Shown here one piece after another: positions 37,874-46,410 of a DNA stretch of 57,933 bases. The translations under genes were made by a program, and so were the position numbers. How positions within the stretch are numbered: position 1 is the stretch's first letter; every line of letters starts with the position of its first letter. The notes under the pieces are model-generated. The model searched no databases, was not told where the DNA came from, and saw nothing but the letters and a program-made list of their open reading frames with translations. The DNA lies in NCBI GenBank assembly GCA_035390125.1, contig DAOOTD010000001.1:182003-239935 (forward strand), in the 5' to 3' direction. The DNA comes from Candidatus Moraniibacteriota bacterium (lineage in GTDB: Bacteria; Patescibacteriota; Minisyncoccia; Moranbacterales; GWC2-37-73).

Positions 37874-37902
37874 ATATTACCACATAATTAATTTTTTGTC
37901 AA
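37874..37902 (-). promoter_or_regulatory. Promoter of the 37.7->33.3 kb unit
   Basis: Minus strand TTGACA-N17-TAATAT. Implies a ~175-nt AT-rich leader. Confidence 0.5.
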
Positions 37903-37968
37903 CATCCCTTTTTAATTACAGAAAATGGTATGTAATAAAAGCATAAACTTAATTTTAAGTCAATATCC

Positions 37969-38005
37969 ATAAAAAAATCAGGCAATGTTTTGAAAATTCC
38001 TGATT
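37969..38005 (-). terminator. Terminator after pheS
   Basis: AATCAGG / CCTGATT stem followed on the minus strand by TTTTTTT. Confidence 0.65.
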
Positions 38006-38052
38006 TTGTATTGTGGTTATTTTTTATTTTTTCACCTTCACCCTTAATAAAT

Positions 38053-39195
38053 TTATCGCAGTACGGCTTTGAGATCCTGTTCGGTTTTCTTGCGGATTTC
38101 TTCCTGAATTTTATTTATTTCTTCATTAGTGAGTGTTCTTTCCATGGAGCGATATGTGATGCGGAAAGTATAGCTCTTCTTGTCCTTGCCGAATTTTTCT
38201 TCATTTTCATATTCATCCAAAAGTTTTACTTCTTCAATCAAATCATCAGCAAAATCGCGGACAATTTCGTAATAATTATTAAGATTAATATTCTTGTCAA
38301 TGATGAAAGAAATATCTCTTACTGTTTCCGGAAACTTACTGACTTCTTTAAACTTGCTGTTTATATCCTTGAATTGACTAGTGATTCTGGGATCATCTGA
38401 CCACAACACTCTGATGTCCTGTATATTCATTTTTACCATTGCCCATCTATCTATTCCAAAACCAAACGCCCAACCGTTATAAATTTCCGGATCCAATCCG
38501 AAATTTTTCAAACATTCTTTGTGCACCAATCCAGAGCCGGACAATTCCATCCATTTATCGCCGAATTTAACTTCAATCTGAGTTGAAGGATCGGTAAAAG
38601 GAAAAGTATCATCTAAAAAACGGTATTCACAATCTTCGCCAAAGACCGCTTTGGCTGCATCAGCTTGAATATCCTCTAGCTCTTTACGGGTTATTTCATG
38701 GTCCGATTTTTTACAAATATAAAGACCATCTATCTGATTAAATGCTGGATAATGACTTCGGTCAATTTCATCTTTTCTGAAAACGATACCCGGTCCCATA
38801 ATTCCAATTTTTCCTTCTTTTTCTAAAATTTCAATAATTCTTTCGTCGCGTAAACAATAGGGCCACATGGTTGTAGTCTGAGTGCGAAGAATATTTTTTT
38901 TATCCAAATAATATGTATCCGATTCCCTTCTGGAAGGATGATCCTGGGGAGTGTTTAAAACATCGAAGTTTTCTTCAACTGTAACAATTTTCGGAAAATC
39001 AACCACATAAAAATCTTTAAATCTTGGTAATTCCAATATAGCATCAACTAAAATTTTAACTGGCGAGTTTTCTTTTTTGGTAAGATCCGGCAATGCTAAA
39101 AGTTTTTTTATGCGCTCTGCCTTTATATCGCTTCTTTTGTTTAGTTCCTCTATTAAAATTTTTTCTTCTTTGTTCTCAATGACAATTTTTTGCAT
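38053..39195 (-). CDS. pheS: Phenylalanine--tRNA ligase, mitochondrial-type architecture (PheS catalytic core plus C-terminal FDX-ACB domain)
   Basis: 380 aa. Class II motifs (HPSRRESDTYY, FRKDEIDRSHYPAFNQ, GWAFGFGIDRWAM), then ~98 extra residues SKFPETVRDISFII...YTFRITYRSMERTLTNEEINKIQ (FDX-ACB-like, nt 38053-38349). Lacks the long N-terminal coiled coil. Confidence 0.9.
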   Translation of the reverse strand: MQKIVIENKEEKILIEELNKRSDIKAERIKKLLALPDLTKKENSPVKILVDAILELPRFKDFYVVDFPKIVTVEENFDVLNTPQDHPSRRESDTYYLDKKNILRTQTTTMWPYCLRDERIIEILEKEGKIGIMGPGIVFRKDEIDRSHYPAFNQIDGLYICKKSDHEITRKELEDIQADAAKAVFGEDCEYRFLDDTFPFTDPSTQIEVKFGDKWMELSGSGLVHKECLKNFGLDPEIYNGWAFGFGIDRWAMVKMNIQDIRVLWSDDPRITSQFKDINSKFKEVSKFPETVRDISFIIDKNINLNNYYEIVRDFADDLIEEVKLLDEYENEEKFGKDKKSYTFRITYRSMERTLTNEEINKIQEEIRKKTEQDLKAVLR

Positions 39196-39215
39196 ATGCT
39201 TATTTTATTGTGAAT

Positions 39216-39644
39216 TTATTTATTCAAGTTAGGATATTTTGCAAATTCCATTCCAATTTCGGCATTTTCATCTAAAATCATAATTCCCGTATGATCATCG
39301 CCTAAACCCAGTTCGTCCTTGGCACAAAGCATTCCACAAGATTTTACACCACGGATTTCAGCTTCTTTTATTTCAATTCCATTTGGCAATTTTGCACCCA
39401 AAAGTGCAACTGGCACTTTTTGTCCTGTTTCAATATTTGGCGCCCCGCAGACAACCTCTAATTTCTTGCTGCCTATATCAACCCTCACCAATCTTAACCT
39501 GTCCGCGTTAGGATGCTTATTTATTTCCAAAATTTTCCCCACTACAATATTTTCGAAAGAGCGCGTTATATGACTTTTTAAAGCTTCTTCAGCTGATTTT
39601 CCTGTATTGAATAATTTTTTGAGCCAATTATATAAAAATTCCAT
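39216..39644 (-). CDS. PheT N-terminal fragment / stand-alone tRNA-binding OB-fold protein
   Basis: 142 aa. Begins like PheT (MEFLYNWLKKL...) and carries the tRNA-binding-domain blocks HPNADRLRLVRVDIG, VCGAPN, GMLCAKDELGL and DHTGIMIL. Nothing corresponding to the B3/B4 editing, B5 or B6-B8 domains. Confidence 0.8.
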   Translation of the reverse strand: MEFLYNWLKKLFNTGKSAEEALKSHITRSFENIVVGKILEINKHPNADRLRLVRVDIGSKKLEVVCGAPNIETGQKVPVALLGAKLPNGIEIKEAEIRGVKSCGMLCAKDELGLGDDHTGIMILDENAEIGMEFAKYPNLNK

Positions 39645-39669
39645 AAAAATATTTTTACGGCATTAATTT

Positions 39670-40866
39670 TTAGAATATTATTTTTATAAATCCCAATTTT
39701 CCTATTTTTAAAACTTTTTTATTTTCTTTTTGCGTAATTATAGTCTGAATGTCTGTTATTTTTTCATCATCAATAGAAACACCGCCTTGTTCAATTTTTC
39801 GGCGAGCATCGCTCAGACTTTTCGCATTGCCTGATTCAACCAAAATTTCTGCCAATTTTTTTGATTCTTCATTTATCTTAAATTCCGCAATATCACTTGG
39901 AATTTCCTTTTTTGAAAAAGTATTTATAAAATAATCCTGTGCTGCTTTGGCTTTTTTTTCACCATAATTAATTTTAGTTATTTCATAGGCTAATTTCAGC
40001 TTAGCATCGCGTGGATTTTTTTTCGTATCAATTTCTTTTAATTCTTCTGCTGGAATGTTTGTGCAAAGTTCAAACCCCGGAATTATAAGTCCATCTGACC
40101 AAGCCATTACTTGTCCGAACATATTTTCAGCAGTTTCGTCTAAATTTACTACATTGCCTTCGGTTTTACCCATCTTTTTACCTGTCTCATCAGCCAAAAG
40201 TTTCATTGTTAAAACGAATTTTTCCTTATTTTTCACGGCTTTCATTAAATCCCTGCCGCACATCATGTTAAACATTTGGTCATTACCGCCAATTTCTAGG
40301 TCTACATTCAACTCAATACTGTCGTAAGCTTGAGCCAATGGATACAAAAATTCATGTAGGTATATAGGCTTCTCGTTTTTTATCCTTTCCTGAAACATGT
40401 CTCTTTGAAACATTTGCTGAGCGGTAAAATTCGAAGATATTTCTATTAAGTCTTTAAATGTGAGTTTATCATTCCATTCACTATTATATAGAATTTTAAC
40501 TGGATTTTCTCCATCAAATTTTAAATATCCTGAAGCTTGTTTTTTGTAGTTTTCGCTATTTTTTAGTGCTTCTTCTCTGGTTAATTTTTTTCGCACTGCA
40601 CTTTTATCAGTTGGATCGCCTATCATTCCCGTAAAATCACCCACAAGAAAAATGACTTCGTGTCCCAATTTTTGAAATTGGCCAAGCTTGTTTATGGAAA
40701 TTGCATTTCCAATATGAAGAGATTTGGCTGTAGGATCATAACCGCAATAAAGTTTTATCTTTTTCCCAGACATCAAGACCTCTTTGAGTGCTTCTTTGCT
40801 GGGATAAATATTTTCAACTCCCCGCGTCAAAATCTCATCTATTTGTTTTTCAATATTTTTATCCAT
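39670..40866 (-). CDS. tyrS: Tyrosine--tRNA ligase
   Basis: 398 aa. LHIGN (HIGH), KMGKT (KMSKS) and a C-terminal S4 domain. Confidence 0.95.
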   Translation of the reverse strand: MDKNIEKQIDEILTRGVENIYPSKEALKEVLMSGKKIKLYCGYDPTAKSLHIGNAISINKLGQFQKLGHEVIFLVGDFTGMIGDPTDKSAVRKKLTREEALKNSENYKKQASGYLKFDGENPVKILYNSEWNDKLTFKDLIEISSNFTAQQMFQRDMFQERIKNEKPIYLHEFLYPLAQAYDSIELNVDLEIGGNDQMFNMMCGRDLMKAVKNKEKFVLTMKLLADETGKKMGKTEGNVVNLDETAENMFGQVMAWSDGLIIPGFELCTNIPAEELKEIDTKKNPRDAKLKLAYEITKINYGEKKAKAAQDYFINTFSKKEIPSDIAEFKINEESKKLAEILVESGNAKSLSDARRKIEQGGVSIDDEKITDIQTIITQKENKKVLKIGKLGFIKIIF

Positions 40867-40966
40867 ATGAGCTTATAATACCAATTAAATTAACCCAATG
40901 CAATACTTGTTCTATTGTATTAAATATGGTAATTTTAGCCTATATTAAGGAACATAATTTAATTTT

Positions 40967-42115
40967 ATGGAAAAAATGTTTGAATCTCAAGCCCCCTTTA
41001 AAGAAGAAAGTGCATTGAAACCGCCAAAAGACAAGCGGGATATCATGGAACAAAAACTTTTTGAAAATGAACCGGATTTATCAAATTCAGCGCTCTGTTT
41101 CCGGGTATTTAAAATTGGAAAATTTGACGAAAAATCTTTAGAACAATTTCGAAAACAAGTCTCATCAATAAGCAATTTTAATCAACTTATTTCTAATAAA
41201 TTAGCAGAAAAAGCTCCTCAAACAACAATTATAACGAATTCTGACTTGGAGGAGGCAGGCAAAAAAGAACTTGATTTTTCCGGATTAAATATTTTGTACA
41301 CTGAGCAATCCAAAGCAAAAAGAAGGTCGGATCTGGGCAAAAAAATAGTTGGAGATAGAAGTTCAGCTAAAGGCGATTTTAGTTATGCTGATATGCTTAA
41401 CAAACCCATCAAGGATGAAGATTTTTCTGATTTTATTTTTGCAAGTTCTGATTTAGCAAATAAACCCAAGGAGTTGCTGATACAAATTTTAGCTATGAAA
41501 AAAACTAAAGATTTTTTTGAGGCATCTCGTCCAGAAAAACTAGCCATAATGGGGTCTGCTGTTAAGGGTGTACACGACATAGAATTAATAAATAAAATAA
41601 TTAAGGGAGAAGATGATATAGATATAAATAATTTGAGCCGTGTTTTACACAATAATACCCTTTCTTTAGCGGGAAAAAACGTAAAATTTTCAGGTATCAC
41701 AGATAACGCCCTTGCTGGAAAATTAGAAATAAACGGAAAACAAGAGCCTATTGGCGGAAATGAAGATTTCCTATATGGATTAAATCAGATGTTGTACCAC
41801 GACAAAGATTGTATATTATTGATAGAACCTAACATCATAGATGAACGCCAAGGTGAAGTTATGGGCGTTGATGCTAAATATTTAAGAAGAGTAGCTGTAT
41901 ATAAAATTTATGCAGAAAGAGCCATACGACAGGCTGGAAAACGTGGAAAAATTGATTTAGGCAATGAAGATAAATTAACAGAAGAAAAAATAAACACAAT
42001 CTTGGATGACTTAGTGGATAAGCATTTATTTTTTTCACGTATAAATACTGAGGGTAATCCTGAAATAGTTCTGACAAAAAGACAGCAAGAAAAAGGAATT
42101 TTATCTCCTATATAA
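40967..42115 (+). CDS. Hypothetical soluble protein
   Basis: 382 aa. No TM helix and no motif recognised. Abuts the EamA gene with a 6-nt gap. Confidence 0.6.
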   Translation: MEKMFESQAPFKEESALKPPKDKRDIMEQKLFENEPDLSNSALCFRVFKIGKFDEKSLEQFRKQVSSISNFNQLISNKLAEKAPQTTIITNSDLEEAGKKELDFSGLNILYTEQSKAKRRSDLGKKIVGDRSSAKGDFSYADMLNKPIKDEDFSDFIFASSDLANKPKELLIQILAMKKTKDFFEASRPEKLAIMGSAVKGVHDIELINKIIKGEDDIDINNLSRVLHNNTLSLAGKNVKFSGITDNALAGKLEINGKQEPIGGNEDFLYGLNQMLYHDKDCILLIEPNIIDERQGEVMGVDAKYLRRVAVYKIYAERAIRQAGKRGKIDLGNEDKLTEEKINTILDDLVDKHLFFSRINTEGNPEIVLTKRQQEKGILSPI

Positions 42116-42121
42116 AATAAG

Positions 42122-42988
42122 ATGTATTGGTTTATATTATCGCTGTGTTCAGCATTAAGTAAATCTTTTTCTGATGTAGCTAGTAAAAAAGTCATGCAGA
42201 CAATGGATGTCATTTCAGTTGGCTGTGTGGCTAGAGGCTTGGTTGCTTTCATAGCCTTTTTAATTGTTGCCTTTCAGGGTATTCCTAATATCGGTCCCGC
42301 ATTTATAAAAGCAGTCATTGTAAGTGGATTAATAAATGTTTTCACAACTTTTCTCAGCTTGAAAGCTCTAAAGGAAGGTGAATTGTCTTTAGTATCACCA
42401 ATTCTTGTCTTAAGTCCTGTTTTTCTTCTCATAACTTCCCCTCTAATTAACAACCAATTCCCTACAATTTTAGGAACAGTTGGAATTCTTTTTAGTATGG
42501 GCGGAATTTATCAAATGAAAATAAAAGAAAAAAAGCTTGGTTGGATAGAACCGATAAAAGCTATTTGGAGAAGTAAGGGAGTTAAATCAGCCCTAATAGT
42601 GGCTTTTTTATGGAGCATTTCTGCTAACTATGATTCCGTTGGCACAATAAATTCTTCTCCATTCTTTTTTATTCTAGTTGTTAATTTTTTTATCTTTGCC
42701 TGTTTTTTACCTTTTGCTTTAATTAAAAAAGATTTTTTTACATCAATTAAGAAAAATTTTAAAGGGCTAGCTGCCTTATCTGTTTTCATGACAAGTGAAG
42801 TTGGCTTCCAATTTGCTGCTTTTGAACTTGCAATTGTACCTTATGTAATTTCAATAAAAAGAACTAGCGCACTTTTTTCTGTTTTTTGGGGAAAACAAAT
42901 ATTCAAAGAAGAGAGCGAATTTAAAGATAGACTCAGTGGGGCTATTTTAGTTGTTATAGGTTTAGTTTTAATAAAATTATTCGGATAA
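42122..42988 (+). CDS. EamA/DMT-superfamily transporter
   Basis: 288 aa, ~10 TM helices with two EamA-like halves. Confidence 0.8.
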   Translation: MYWFILSLCSALSKSFSDVASKKVMQTMDVISVGCVARGLVAFIAFLIVAFQGIPNIGPAFIKAVIVSGLINVFTTFLSLKALKEGELSLVSPILVLSPVFLLITSPLINNQFPTILGTVGILFSMGGIYQMKIKEKKLGWIEPIKAIWRSKGVKSALIVAFLWSISANYDSVGTINSSPFFFILVVNFFIFACFLPFALIKKDFFTSIKKNFKGLAALSVFMTSEVGFQFAAFELAIVPYVISIKRTSALFSVFWGKQIFKEESEFKDRLSGAILVVIGLVLIKLFG

Positions 42989-42990
42989 AA

Positions 42991-43020
42991 AAAGACTGCA
43001 CAAAACATGCAGTCTTTTTT
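42991..43020. terminator. Bidirectional terminator
   Basis: Perfect 10-bp stem AAAGACTGCA / TGCAGTCTTT with A/T flanks, between convergent genes. Confidence 0.75.
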
Positions 43021-43032
43021 ATATATATTTTT

Positions 43033-43302
43033 TTACAATAAACCCATCCTCTTTTTAGCTTCAAAAACCTGATGTGAATTCATTTGCCCCGATTTTTCCA
43101 TCTGTTCAAGTGTTTTCAGAATATCCTTTTTATTCTTCTGTATATTCTCAGGAGTTACAACTTTCTTAATAAGTTTTTCCCTTTCTTCTGGACTCATTTT
43201 TTCCAGTTTTTTCATGGCCATGCGCTGCATGAAACCCATATTTTCAGGATCCATCGGATTGCTGGTTTTTTTCTTTTTTTTGAATACATCTAAGATTCCC
43301 AT
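43033..43302 (-). CDS. Small K/M-rich hypothetical protein downstream of secF
   Basis: 89 aa with no TM helix. Lies 4 nt after the secF stop. Confidence 0.5.
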   Translation of the reverse strand: MGILDVFKKKKKTSNPMDPENMGFMQRMAMKKLEKMSPEEREKLIKKVVTPENIQKNKKDILKTLEQMEKSGQMNSHQVFEAKKRMGLL

Positions 43303-43306
43303 AACT

Positions 43307-44206
43307 TTATTTATTTTTTAAGGTTAAATTGTAAAATGTTACCAAAAGTGAAGAAGCTATAAATATAGATGAATATGTTCCAAAAGTTATGCCAACTAGC
43401 AATGCGAGCGCGAAAAATTTTATAGATGCTCCACCAAAAATATAAATGGCTAACAGGGTAATTATAACTGTCAAAGAAGTATTGATTGAACGAACCAATG
43501 TTTCATTTAAGCTCTTATTAACTATATCTGGAAAAAGTTCTTTATTGGAGCTTTTTAAAAGATTTTCCCTGGTTCTATCATAAACCACAATTGTATCATG
43601 CACTGAAAAACCTAGAATCGTTAGCAAAGCTGCAATAAATGGTATTCCAACTTCAACGCCATAAAAATGTCCCAGCCCGGAAAATATTCCGGTTGTAATT
43701 ATAATATCATGAGCCAGAGCAATCACGGCCCCTAATCCGTATTTCCAGGATTCAACCGGGCGAGAAACCTTGCGGAATGCCCAGGCTATATAAGCCATAA
43801 TCATAACTATAGCAAATGCAATTGCCTGAAGAGATTTAGATTTTAATTCTTTAGAAACAGAAGAATTAGTAAAATCAACACTTACTTGTGTAGCTTCCGG
43901 GTATTTTTCTTTTATATTTTTCCAAACATTTTCATTTATTTGGTCATCTTCAACTGCATAACGGATAAACATGGTATTGTTTTCTGAGTTCTGCATAGTC
44001 AAGCTTCCCAAATTTAAATCCTTGAGTATATCTGCAATTTCATTTTTTTCCGGAATTTGATTGGTAAATTTTACGCCCATACGCGTACCCCCAGTGAAAT
44101 CTATATCATATTTAAGTCCCCACACAAATAAACTCACAACACTTAATATTGTAAGTATTATCGAGAATGCATAAGCATATTTCATTTTATCAATAATGTT
44201 ATACAT
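43307..44206 (-). CDS. secF: Protein translocase subunit SecF
   Basis: 299 aa. DIDFTGGT and 6 TM helices. Confidence 0.93.
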   Translation of the reverse strand: MYNIIDKMKYAYAFSIILTILSVVSLFVWGLKYDIDFTGGTRMGVKFTNQIPEKNEIADILKDLNLGSLTMQNSENNTMFIRYAVEDDQINENVWKNIKEKYPEATQVSVDFTNSSVSKELKSKSLQAIAFAIVMIMAYIAWAFRKVSRPVESWKYGLGAVIALAHDIIITTGIFSGLGHFYGVEVGIPFIAALLTILGFSVHDTIVVYDRTRENLLKSSNKELFPDIVNKSLNETLVRSINTSLTVIITLLAIYIFGGASIKFFALALLVGITFGTYSSIFIASSLLVTFYNLTLKNK

Positions 44207-44212
44207 AAACTT

Positions 44213-45889
44213 TTATTCTTTAATGCTTTTTTTATTTACTCCAACCATCCAGACTCTTTCATGTATCCATTCACCAATGATAAATTTCAGCATTGTCCGC
44301 GTAATTGTGATAGCTGTAAACATAGAAATTGCAACTCCTATAAATAATGAAGCGGCAAATCCCTTAACAAATCCTGTTCCCATAAAATAAAGTATGCCGG
44401 CAGTCAGGAGCGAAGAAATATTACCGTCACGAATTGATGTCCAAGCTCGTTTAAATCCCTCGTCCAGTGAATTAGGAATATTTCTGCCACTCCTTATTTC
44501 TTCTTTAGTGCGTTCAAAAATAAGAATATTAGCATCCACTGCCATACCAATAGAAAGTACAAAACCGGCAATTCCAGATAATGTTAATGTTATCCCTGTT
44601 AGTTTAAATATTGTTATCATTAAAACGGTATAAATAAGCAAAGACAATGAAGCTACAAATCCTAAAAATCTATAAAACACTAACATGAAAATAATTACTG
44701 CAGCCATTCCAATTGCACCGGCAATTAAAATACTTTTCAATGAATCTGCTCCGAGTGTTGCTTCCACGCTTTGCTGTCCAACTAATGTCAGCGGTACAGG
44801 AAGTGCTCCTTGGTTCAATCTATCGGCTATATCCTTAGCTTCTTTAAATGTATAATTTCCTGTAATTACAGCTTGCCCATTTGTAATTTCAGCCTGAACA
44901 GTTGGAGCTATTTGCAATTGCCCATCCAGGAAAATAGCTATTTTTTTGCCAAGATTTTTCTTTGTCAGTTCTGCAAATAATTTTGTCCCCTCATCATCAA
45001 ATTGTAAAGCTACTTCTGGTTCTCCCAAACCTTGGCCTTGTGAATATTGAGCTGTGGCATTTTTCAAGTTTTTCCCGGTAAGACCTGTGTCTTTATATTT
45101 GAATTCTTCATACTGCGCTGCATTCTGTTTGCCAAAAAGTATATGCTGGACATGAACTTCCTTTTCATCACCTTCGCCTCTGGATTCAATGAATTTTATG
45201 ATATGCCATCCAAACTGAGTTTCAACTAAACTTGAATATATTTCTCCGGGTTGCATATTGCCTTCAAAAATGACTTTGTCGAATTCTGGAACAAATGTGG
45301 ATTTTTTTACAAAACCTAAATCCCCTCCTTTTTCTTTTGATCCTGGATCCTGACTGTTATCCTTGGCTAATTGTTCGAAACTTATTTCTTTTTCCTTAGC
45401 CTGAGTAAGTATTTCCTCGGCTTTCTTTTTTGACTGTGCATTCATTTGCTCGAACATTTGTGTGATCTGAGAATCAGGTTCTCCTTCTTCCTTGAATTCA
45501 AGCAATGGTGCATCTTTTATTTTCTTTTTTGCTTCCTCAATATCAGTAACCCCAGGAAGCTCTATAATGACCCGATTATCATCCCCTTTTTTTGTAGTCT
45601 GGACTAAAGGTTCTCCGACGCCGAAAGCATTTACTCGACGCTCAATTACATCTTGTGCAGCCTGCATAGCATCAGAAATTTTGGAAGAATCTATTTTGGA
45701 AACATCGGCTTTATATTCCAGGTGAATTCCTCCCTGTAAATCAAGACCTAGCTTCATGTTTAATTTATTAATTTTATCATAAACAGACGGTATATTTTTT
45801 ACCGCCTGAGGATATGCCATAACTGCACAAACCACAAACAAAATCACGATTCCGGCAAATTTAAGTTGTAATTTCTGTTTTATATTCAT
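44213..45889 (-). CDS. secD: Protein translocase subunit SecD with an inserted parvulin-like PPIase domain
   Basis: 558 aa. LGLDLQGGIHL, a C-terminal 5-TM bundle and the LPVPL block. Residues ~136-262 (nt ~45104-45484) read KGGDLGFVKKSTFVPEFDKVIF...ETQFGWHIIKFIE...VHVQHILF. Confidence 0.93.
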   Translation of the reverse strand: MNIKQKLQLKFAGIVILFVVCAVMAYPQAVKNIPSVYDKINKLNMKLGLDLQGGIHLEYKADVSKIDSSKISDAMQAAQDVIERRVNAFGVGEPLVQTTKKGDDNRVIIELPGVTDIEEAKKKIKDAPLLEFKEEGEPDSQITQMFEQMNAQSKKKAEEILTQAKEKEISFEQLAKDNSQDPGSKEKGGDLGFVKKSTFVPEFDKVIFEGNMQPGEIYSSLVETQFGWHIIKFIESRGEGDEKEVHVQHILFGKQNAAQYEEFKYKDTGLTGKNLKNATAQYSQGQGLGEPEVALQFDDEGTKLFAELTKKNLGKKIAIFLDGQLQIAPTVQAEITNGQAVITGNYTFKEAKDIADRLNQGALPVPLTLVGQQSVEATLGADSLKSILIAGAIGMAAVIIFMLVFYRFLGFVASLSLLIYTVLMITIFKLTGITLTLSGIAGFVLSIGMAVDANILIFERTKEEIRSGRNIPNSLDEGFKRAWTSIRDGNISSLLTAGILYFMGTGFVKGFAASLFIGVAISMFTAITITRTMLKFIIGEWIHERVWMVGVNKKSIKE

Positions 45890-45947
45890 GTTTTATATTA
45901 TATTTCAGTAAAATAAAAACTGCAAGGTTAAACAATAAACTTAGTTT

Positions 45948-46409
45948 CTAAATATACTTTGATAAACTTTTTATAACATTACTAAACCCTGGTAATAACC
46001 TTAGTTTTTTTATATTTTTCATATAAATCCATTTGAAATTTTCTGCTTCCCAGTCAAGCTTTATTTCATTGGTTTTCACTTCAACTAAAACAGGGTGGAC
46101 TATCCAAGTTTTTTTATATTTTCTCTCTTCCTGATCGAAAATTTCTCCAATTTTTATGCTTTTTATTTTGTTTTTGGAAATTCCCAGCTCTTCCCCTATT
46201 TCATCGCAAACTTTTTCCTTTAGGCTTCTTTTATCATCTAAAAAACCTGAAATTCCATTCCAATAACCAGGATAAAAATTAAGATTTTTATTTCTTTGAA
46301 CTAATAAAATTCTATTGCCATATTTAAGCACACAATTTATCACTGGTGTCCATCTTGCATTAGTATAATCAATCTGCCCCTTTTTTGGTTTAAATTTTTT
46401 ATTTTTCAT
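45948..46409 (-). CDS. Nudix-family hydrolase (variant Nudix box)
   Basis: The track ORF starts at 46487, inside secA. An ATG at 46409 lies 1 nt after the secA stop (153 aa). Box GFLDDKRSLKEKVCDEIGEELGI. Confidence 0.75.
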   Translation of the reverse strand: MKNKKFKPKKGQIDYTNARWTPVINCVLKYGNRILLVQRNKNLNFYPGYWNGISGFLDDKRSLKEKVCDEIGEELGISKNKIKSIKIGEIFDQEERKYKKTWIVHPVLVEVKTNEIKLDWEAENFKWIYMKNIKKLRLLPGFSNVIKSLSKYI

Positions 46410-46410
46410 A

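Noticed and set aside
37990-38400. A 136-aa plus-strand ORF overlapping the 3' end of pheS.
   Set aside because: It starts inside the pheS terminator and is antisense to the FDX-ACB-coding region. Its composition is F/I-rich junk.
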